Shown: positions 53,679 through 59,088 of the stretch, in pieces
Numbering within the stretch: the first letter of the stretch is position 1
Layout of the letters: every line of letters starts with the position of its first letter
Source of the DNA: an uncultured Christensenella sp.
GTDB taxonomy: Bacteria; Bacillota; Clostridia; Christensenellales; UBA1242
Direction: 5' to 3'
Length of the DNA stretch: 64,000 bases
Assembly (NCBI GenBank): GCA_948466185.1
Contig: CAOJZM010000001.1
Span: forward strand, 22,742 to 86,741
The notes under the pieces: model-generated
The model's input: the letters and a program-made list of their open reading frames with translations, nothing else
Database searches by the model: none
Told to the model about the DNA's origin: nothing
Translations under genes and position numbers: made by a program

Positions 53679-55374
53679 AAATCACCCTTTCTATATTATT
53701 ATAATCTTTGACAACATGCGTGTCAATAAAACCAGCCTCCTTTAAAAGTGACCTCACGCTTTTTACCTGACCTTTGCCTAGCTCAAGAATTAAAAAACCA
53801 TTTTTTTCTAGATGTGCTGGTGCATCTTTAATTATTCTTCGATAAAAATCCAACCCATCCTGACCACCATCTAGAGCGAGTCGTGGATCGTACTTTTTAA
53901 CCTCAACCGATAATTTCTCGATTTCAAAACTTTCTATATACGGAGGATTTGAAACAATGATATCAAAACGTTTATTCTTTTTTAATTTACTAAACAAATC
54001 GGATTCAATAAATTCCACTTTGACATCATGTTTTTTTGCATTATTTTCCGCCACTTGTAAGGCAGGTTTGGAAATATCAATTGCGTATACCTTTGCAACT
54101 ATATTTTTTGCAAGTGTCACCGCTATAGCTCCACTGCCCGTGCACAAATCACAGATAACAGGATTTTTAAATTCAACAGCCTTGCGAAGAGTTTCCTCCA
54201 CCAAAATTTCGGTTTCCATACGTGGAGAAAGCACCTTTTTGTTTACATCAAAGCGAAGTCCATAGAAATCAACAAATCCAAAAATACTGGAGAGGGGCTC
54301 TCCTTTTGCACGTCTATCTGTTGCACGTAAAATATCTCGCTCTTCCTTTTTTGAAACCGAGCGTACAAGTTTTATCTCTGCTCGGTTTTTGTTTAGCACA
54401 GTGGCAATTATCCAATCAACATCGCTTATTTCATATCTGTCTGCGGCAAGCAATTTTGTCTGCATTTGGGAAATAATTGCCGACATTGGAATTTTGTCGT
54501 CTTCCACTTCTGTATACCCTTTTCTGAAATTCATATTTTCTATAAGTGTGGTGCGAATAACTTCTTCCTGCGTTAAATTTGGTTTCATTGCAACAAGGAA
54601 GGAAGTCAAAATAACAAAGTCTTTCAGCCATCTTCCTTTTGTGACCGAAATGGCCCACAACAATTCATAACTTACCATAATTGAGGCTAACAATATTAAA
54701 AAGTTAAATAAAATATTTAAATAAACATTCACACTTATGCAGGCCAATGATATCACAAATGTAGATAAAATTAAAGTAAAAACCAAATAATTTAGGTAAT
54801 TTAAAGAATAATGGTGGCTTTTTTTATTAATTTCAGTCAATTTTTCATTTGCATTAACAATTTGATTACAAGCTCCATTAAAGCGATATAACCCTTGCAT
54901 AAATGGTAGAAATCTCAATAGAAGAAAAACAAGATAAATAAGGATAACCCTTATAACCCCAATTACCAATCCACGCAAATATATATTTGTAAACTCGTCA
55001 ACAATTTTAAGAGATAGTCTTGAAGGCAGTAAGTCAAACACAAATAAACCTACGATAAAAGCAAGAATAACAGTTGTGAAAATCTGTACATACCTTGTTG
55101 CTATGTTCAGTTTTTTGGAAAGTTTATAAAAAAAACCACTTTCATCATCATTCTGTATAATATCCGCATTTGTAAAGGTGGAAAACTGGGCAATAAGACC
55201 CAGTACAAAAAATTCAAGTCCCCTTAGCAAAAAAATGTTCCAAGGGATAATTTTATTCTTAGTTTGGCGTACTCCCACTTTTTTATTTCCGTGCCTGTCC
55301 ACAATGGCTGTTGTAACATCCTCGCCACTGAACACACTTGCACCATTATTACTTGGAAAAAAGTATTTCTTCAT
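53659..55374 (-). CDS. prmC: Fusion protein: N-terminal polytopic DUF1385-like membrane domain plus C-terminal release-factor glutamine methyltransferase PrmC/HemK
   Basis: 571 aa. The C-terminal half has the SAM motif DLCTGSGAIA and catalytic NPPY (IVSNPPYI). The N-terminal ~290 aa has multiple TM segments and YRFNGACNQIVNANE, aligning with the HGAEHK region I recall for DUF1385/YqhQ. 20-nt overlap with prfA. Confidence 0.8.
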   Translation of the reverse strand: MKKYFFPSNNGASVFSGEDVTTAIVDRHGNKKVGVRQTKNKIIPWNIFLLRGLEFFVLGLIAQFSTFTNADIIQNDDESGFFYKLSKKLNIATRYVQIFTTVILAFIVGLFVFDLLPSRLSLKIVDEFTNIYLRGLVIGVIRVILIYLVFLLLRFLPFMQGLYRFNGACNQIVNANEKLTEINKKSHHYSLNYLNYLVFTLILSTFVISLACISVNVYLNILFNFLILLASIMVSYELLWAISVTKGRWLKDFVILTSFLVAMKPNLTQEEVIRTTLIENMNFRKGYTEVEDDKIPMSAIISQMQTKLLAADRYEISDVDWIIATVLNKNRAEIKLVRSVSKKEERDILRATDRRAKGEPLSSIFGFVDFYGLRFDVNKKVLSPRMETEILVEETLRKAVEFKNPVICDLCTGSGAIAVTLAKNIVAKVYAIDISKPALQVAENNAKKHDVKVEFIESDLFSKLKKNKRFDIIVSNPPYIESFEIEKLSVEVKKYDPRLALDGGQDGLDFYRRIIKDAPAHLEKNGFLILELGKGQVKSVRSLLKEAGFIDTHVVKDYNNIERVIYGKYSK

Positions 55375-55499
55375 AGGGGGATTATGCCCTTTTTTTACTA
55401 TTTTAATATGATATTTTCACAATAAGGTATTGACTCTTCACTCCGCCTAAGTTATACTAACAATAAAGAAATTGGTTTTACTAATACCAAGGAGGGAAA

Positions 55500-55733
55500 A
55501 TGAATATAAAAATCAAAATGCACTCAGAGCTTGACTGTCCATTGAAGCCGGATATTGAACTTATCAATCAGGCAATAGAAGAAATGGAAAAAGATGGCAA
55601 CTATAACATGCTGAGATTAAATCAAATTCGTTATAGTTCTCAAAAAATAAGCCGTTTATATGACGAACTTGAAACTATAAAAAAAGACATTAAAACACGG
55701 ACAAATCCGTGTTTTTTCGTAGCCTATAAATAA
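55500..55733 (+). CDS. Hypothetical small protein (77 aa)
   Basis: AAGGAGGG SD. The last codons run through a terminator hairpin (ACACGGA-caaa-TCCGTGT-tttttt, about 55696-55722). Confidence 0.45.
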   Translation: MNIKIKMHSELDCPLKPDIELINQAIEEMEKDGNYNMLRLNQIRYSSQKISRLYDELETIKKDIKTRTNPCFFVAYK

Positions 55734-55759
55734 AAAAGAGTGCATTTCGCACCACTTTT

Positions 55760-55963
55760 TTAAATATTATATTTTTTCTTGAATTTTTCAACGTTACCGC
55801 TTGTATCAACAACCTTCTTCTTTCCTGTGAAGAATGGGTGGCACTTATTGCAAATATCAATGCTCATTGTGTCGCCTTTTGCGTTTGTTTTTGTTTTGAA
55901 TGTATTTCCACAAGCACAAGTTACGGTAACTTCATGATAATCTGGATGTATTTCCTGTTTCAT
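55760..55963 (-). CDS. rpmE: 50S ribosomal protein L31
   Basis: [26 protein letters not shown]...[11 protein letters not shown] is a Zn-binding type A L31. Confidence 0.95.
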   Translation of the reverse strand: MKQEIHPDYHEVTVTCACGNTFKTKTNAKGDTMSIDICNKCHPFFTGKKKVVDTSGNVEKFKKKYNI

Positions 55964-55983
55964 ATCTTTACCCCTTTTATTAA

Positions 55984-56244
55984 TTAATCTCCAACATATG
56001 GAAGAAGTGCAACATTTCTTGCTCTCTTAATCGCTGTTGTAAGTTCTCTTTGATGTACTGCACAAACTCCTGTTTGGCGTCTTGGAAGGATCTTTCCTTT
56101 TTCAGTGATGTACTTCTTGATTTTAGCAACATCTTTATAGTCAATTCCTTTTTCACCAGCAACGCAGAAAGCACATACTTTCTTTTTTGCAGGCTTGCGG
56201 AATTTCTTAACTGGTCTTTCCTCAGTCTTAACTGCTTCGCTCAT
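55984..56244 (-). CDS. rpsR: 30S ribosomal protein S18
   Basis: ...[51 protein letters not shown]. Confidence 0.95.
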   Translation of the reverse strand: MSEAVKTEERPVKKFRKPAKKKVCAFCVAGEKGIDYKDVAKIKKYITEKGKILPRRQTGVCAVHQRELTTAIKRARNVALLPYVGD

Positions 56245-56310
56245 ATTTCTCTCCTTTTTAGATTTTTGTTTTAATCTTTGATTGCACCATCTTAAAATTG
56301 CCTAAAGCAC

Positions 56311-56730
56311 TTAGAATGGCAAGCTATCATCATCAATAGGTTCAAGTTCAGTGGTTTCAGCTTTTGGTGCTGATGTTGGTCTTGGTGCTGATGTGGTTTC
56401 TGAACCATCAGTATTTCTTGACCCTAAAAATTCAACATCGTCAGCAACAATATCTGTCACTGTTCTCTTGGTTCCATCATTTGCTTCATAAGAAGAATTT
56501 TGAAGTCTTCCTATCACCGCACATTTCGACCCCTTCTTTAAAAACTTGTGGCAGTTTTCACCCTTTGCACGCCAAACAACAATGTTAAAGAAATCAACAT
56601 CGCGTTCGCCTTCGTTGTTTTGAAAGTTTCTTTGAACTGCGATTCCAAAACGGCAAACTGACACCCCACTGTTTGTGGTTGATAATTCTGGGTCACGGGT
56701 TAAATTCCCAATTAGTATAACTTTATTCAT
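56311..56730 (-). CDS. ssb: Single-stranded DNA-binding protein
   Basis: MNKVILIGNLTRDPEL OB-fold start and an acidic tail ending DDDSLPF. Confidence 0.92.
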   Translation of the reverse strand: MNKVILIGNLTRDPELSTTNSGVSVCRFGIAVQRNFQNNEGERDVDFFNIVVWRAKGENCHKFLKKGSKCAVIGRLQNSSYEANDGTKRTVTDIVADDVEFLGSRNTDGSETTSAPRPTSAPKAETTELEPIDDDSLPF

Positions 56731-56740
56731 ATTTTTCTCC

Positions 56741-57022
56741 TTATTTTCTTACAAACATTTGACGTATAACACCTTCAGTGATGTTCATAAGTTTTGCCAT
56801 CGCGTCAACTTCTTCTGCACTGAAAGTTAAGTTCATAAGAACATAATACCCTTCCGTTTTGAAATTGATTGGATAAGCAAGTTTCTTCATTCCCCATTTA
56901 TCAATTCCATCAACAACGCCACCTTTAGATTCAACGTAAGAAGAAAACTTTTTAATAAGTTCTTCACGTTTTTCCTCAGTAACATCGCTGGAAATGATAT
57001 AAAGAAGTTCATACTTATTCAT
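56741..57022 (-). CDS. rpsF: 30S ribosomal protein S6
   Basis: Start moved to MNKYELLYIISSDVTEEK (AAGGAGG SD), a canonical S6 N-terminus. Confidence 0.9.
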   Translation of the reverse strand: MNKYELLYIISSDVTEEKREELIKKFSSYVESKGGVVDGIDKWGMKKLAYPINFKTEGYYVLMNLTFSAEEVDAMAKLMNITEGVIRQMFVRK

Positions 57023-57096
57023 ATCTTTTACCTCCTTTTGGACTAAATTCGGCCCGTACCTTTCGGGCAAGGACAGTAAACTTTACTGCGGTTTCG
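57023..57096 (-). promoter_or_regulatory. rpsF 5' leader with two hairpins (possible S6:S18 autoregulatory leader)
   Basis: Minus strand has CAGTAAA-g-TTTACTG (57088-57074) and GCCCG-aaaggta-CGGGC (57068-57052), just upstream of the SD. The assignment to the S6:S18 leader class comes from position only. Confidence 0.3.
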
Positions 57097-57126
57097 ATTA
57101 TATAATATATAAACTGTATTTGTCAA
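57097..57126 (-). promoter_or_regulatory. Putative rpsF operon promoter
   Basis: Minus strand reads TTGACA (57126-57121), 18 nt, TATAAT (57102-57097). Confidence 0.55.
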
Positions 57127-57159
57127 GTAAAAATTTAATCAATAATGCAAAGCTTTATA

Positions 57160-57187
57160 TTGACATTAATTTATTTTATGTTATACT
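57160..57187 (+). promoter_or_regulatory. Putative promoter of the 57211 gene
   Basis: TTGACA, 16 nt (TGt), TATACT. Confidence 0.5.
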
Positions 57188-57210
57188 TAATACAAATCAA
57201 GGAGAAAAAC

Positions 57211-57648
57211 ATGGAGTTAGTAACAAAACATTATGCAAAATTCGAATATTTAAATGCAAGAAATCCACAGAACAAATTTGGGGAAAGAACTTTAAATATT
57301 GTTTCCACAAATCCATTTGACCTAGAAATTCCTGCCAAAACATGTTATAGGATTGTTGTTTATGATATTGTAGAAACCAAAATAAGATATAAAGGAAGAG
57401 AAATTGTTTTACAATCTTTACCACAGGATTCTACCACCTATTGCATTGGAAACCGCATCTCGACAGCTGATGTGGGGAAACAGTGTGGAAAAGCCAGCGT
57501 TGTTTATGATAAATTAACAAATTATCCTAATTTATTTAACGGAGCATTTATAGACGTGACTGGACACGTTCACCCATTAATGAAAAAAGAGATTCTGCTT
57601 TCTTCAGAAAATTTACACTATAAAAGAATTGAAGACGAAAACGATTAA
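57211..57648 (+). CDS. Hypothetical protein (145 aa)
   Basis: Start moved to MELVTKHYAKFEY (AAGGAG SD; the track start lies upstream of the promoter -10). Confidence 0.5.
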   Translation: MELVTKHYAKFEYLNARNPQNKFGERTLNIVSTNPFDLEIPAKTCYRIVVYDIVETKIRYKGREIVLQSLPQDSTTYCIGNRISTADVGKQCGKASVVYDKLTNYPNLFNGAFIDVTGHVHPLMKKEILLSSENLHYKRIEDEND

Positions 57649-57676
57649 AAAAACGAGCAAAACTGCTCGTTTTTTA
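57647..57676. terminator. Terminator A of an identical-stem trio
   Basis: aaaaaa-ACGAGCA-aaac-TGCTCGT-ttttt. Confidence 0.8.
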
Positions 57677-58006
57677 ATCTTCTGCTTCAACACCATTTGG
57701 AAAACATTCTGGACAAACTCTATCTTAGTAATCTGCTTGTGGCAACTTGGTTGACTTGTATAACTCTATTGGTCCAAGAATTTCAACAAATTCCCCATTC
57801 TTATGTTTTGCTAATTTAGCAATAAATCTTTCACAAGAATAGTTTCTCTTTAAGTCAAAGTTTGCAAATGTTTCGTTATATTCGCCTTCAAAGCCACATT
57901 TTGTCTTATATTGGTGATAATATCCATTTGCACCACGATTAATTATGTTTTTGCTTAAATCATGTAAAACATAAAGTTTTGTTGTTTTAATAATTTTGTA
58001 AATAAT
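57674..58006 (-). pseudogene. Promoter- and SD-equipped ORF lacking ATG/GTG/TTG start (ATT in start position) and interrupted by an in-frame TAA; possibly a decaying small gene with faint GIY-YIG-like N-terminus
   Basis: Minus strand reads GGGGAGAAA ATT ATT TAC AAA..., giving IIYKIIKTTKLYVLHDLSKNIINRGANGYYHQYKTKCGFEGEYNETF...KLPQADY* (TAA at 57727-57725). The same frame then continues DRVCPECFPNGVEAED* and stops at 57676-57674, next to terminator A. Confidence 0.35.
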
Positions 58007-58024
58007 TTTCTCCCCTTTGTTTTA

Positions 58025-58053
58025 ATTATAAGGCATAAAAAACTCTTTGTCAA
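58025..58053 (-). promoter_or_regulatory. Perfect-consensus sigma-A promoter in front of the ATT-start ORF
   Basis: Minus strand reads TTGACA (58053-58048), 17 nt, TATAAT (58030-58025). Confidence 0.6.
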
Positions 58054-58069
58054 TAGGGAAATTTAATAT

Positions 58070-58097
58070 AAAAACGAGCAAACTTGCTCGTTTTTTT
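58070..58097. terminator. Terminator B of the identical-stem trio
   Basis: aaaa-ACGAGCA-aact-TGCTCGT-tttttt. Abuts the stop of XRE-1. Confidence 0.8.
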
Positions 58098-58299
58098 AAT
58101 CTTCTAATCCTGCAAAATAGTCCGTACTAACATGGAAAAATTTGGCAAGTTTAATAATCATTTCAAAAGTAGGGACTATTTTATCAGTTTCATATTTTGC
58201 AATTGTAGATTTATCTACAAATAATAATTTAGCAAACTCAATTTGTGTTAATCCCGCATCTTTTCTAAGACTTTTAATTCTTTTTCCTAATGTTTCCAT
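58096..58299 (-). CDS. XRE-family HTH transcriptional regulator (paralog 1, 67 aa)
   Basis: Start moved to METLGKRIKSLRKDAGLTQIEFAKLLFVDKSTIAKYETDKIVP (GGAG SD), a Cro/C1-type HTH. Confidence 0.8.
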   Translation of the reverse strand: METLGKRIKSLRKDAGLTQIEFAKLLFVDKSTIAKYETDKIVPTFEMIIKLAKFFHVSTDYFAGLED

Positions 58300-58317
58300 A
58301 ATTATCTCCAAATTCAC

Positions 58318-58346
58318 TTTACATTCTGACAGAAAATCAGTATAAT
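58318..58346 (+). promoter_or_regulatory. Near-consensus promoter of the 80-aa ORF, with an operator-like palindrome in the spacer
   Basis: TTTACA, 17 nt, TATAAT. The spacer contains CTGAcagaaaaTCAG (58326-58340). Confidence 0.55.
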
Positions 58347-58356
58347 TACTTATATT

Positions 58357-58371
58357 CTGATTAATAATCAG
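58357..58371. promoter_or_regulatory. CTGA-N7-TCAG palindrome (candidate XRE operator)
   Basis: CTGATTAaTAATCAG has perfect 7-bp arms and lies 11 nt downstream of the -10. Confidence 0.4.
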
Positions 58372-58388
58372 CAAAACGGGAGAAAATT

Positions 58389-58631
58389 ATGGAAGAAGAA
58401 ATAATACAAATAATAAAAATTGATTTATTAGAAAAAATGGACATTCTCACATTCGATTTTTCTAACGAATTTTCCTTGCACTTTGGTGTATGTCAGTATA
58501 TTAGAAACACATATTTATGGCATAAGCCAGAGACTACTAAATTACTAAATAGTTATTTCCATACAAAAAATGAAGACGACCTTTCTTATGAAATTTTAAT
58601 GAAAATATTGAGAGATTTAAAACTAATCTAA
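58389..58631 (+). CDS. Hypothetical small protein (80 aa), divergent from XRE-1
   Basis: GGGAGAAAATT-ATG, the same SD context as the ATT-start ORF. Its 3' end overlaps the 3' end of XRE-2 by 9 nt. Confidence 0.45.
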   Translation: MEEEIIQIIKIDLLEKMDILTFDFSNEFSLHFGVCQYIRNTYLWHKPETTKLLNSYFHTKNEDDLSYEILMKILRDLKLI

Positions 58632-58832
58632 AAGTCCAAGCATATAATCTGCTGAAACACCAAAATATTTTACTATAACTATAAGCATAGAGATACTCGG
58701 TTCTATTTTATCAGTTTCATATTTTGCTATAGTAGATTTATCAATATTTAATTCACTTGCAAGAGCCACCTGAGTCAATCCTTTTTCAGCTCTCAAATCT
58801 TTTAATCTTTCTCCAAAAGTTTCTTTTGCCAT
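58623..58832 (-). CDS. XRE-family HTH transcriptional regulator (paralog 2, 69 aa)
   Basis: MAKETFGERLKDLRAEKGLTQVALASELNIDKSTIAKYETDKIEP shares DKSTIAKYETDKI.P with paralog 1. Confidence 0.8.
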   Translation of the reverse strand: MAKETFGERLKDLRAEKGLTQVALASELNIDKSTIAKYETDKIEPSISMLIVIVKYFGVSADYMLGLLD

Positions 58833-58872
58833 AGATATATATTGACAAACTTTTAAATAAAAAACCTATAAA

Positions 58873-58887
58873 CTGATTTTAAATCAG
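58873..58887. promoter_or_regulatory. CTGA-N7-TCAG palindrome upstream of XRE-2
   Basis: CTGATTTtAAATCAG, about 40 nt upstream of the XRE-2 start codon. Confidence 0.4.
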
Positions 58888-58898
58888 CGCCGTTCCTA

Positions 58899-58930
58899 TA
58901 AAAAACGAGCAAAATTGCTCGTCTTTTTTT
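58899..58930. terminator. Terminator C of the identical-stem trio (ends the secA transcript)
   Basis: aaaaa-ACGAGCA-aaat-TGCTCGT-cttttttt. On the minus strand it is followed by UUUUUU. Confidence 0.8.
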
Positions 58931-59088
58931 ATTGGACTTGAAGATTTTGTAGTGAAAGGGCTTTGCCCGCTCTCAAAATCCGGAAGGACACCTCTATGGA
59001 AGAGGACTAGGTGGAGAAACCAACGTAGCCAGCATTCAGCCGTTCTTTGAAAGTCGTGTCGCTGATAGCGGAGTTAGGGTCTGTCCTA
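58931..59088 (-). ncRNA. Candidate structured RNA / structured secA 3' UTR of unknown class
   Basis: About 76 G/C in 155 nt (~49% GC by my count), while other intergenic DNA in this window is visibly AT-rich (~12% GC where I counted, 24426-24738). Local hairpins are GUUAGG-acagac-CCUAAC, CGCU-auc-AGCG, CCUCU-uccau-AGAGG and GGGC-aaa-GCCC. There is also a long-range helix CUUUCAAAGaaCGG/CCGgaUUUUGAGAG whose G.U pairs work only on the minus strand. Confidence 0.3.

Noticed and set aside
58975-58995. UCC-GGAA-GGA (plus strand), resembling the SRP RNA helix-8 apex
   Set aside because: The flanks lack the conserved AGG/AGCAGC loops, and the G.U pattern of the surrounding helices favours the opposite strand. 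I therefore did not call it SRP RNA.
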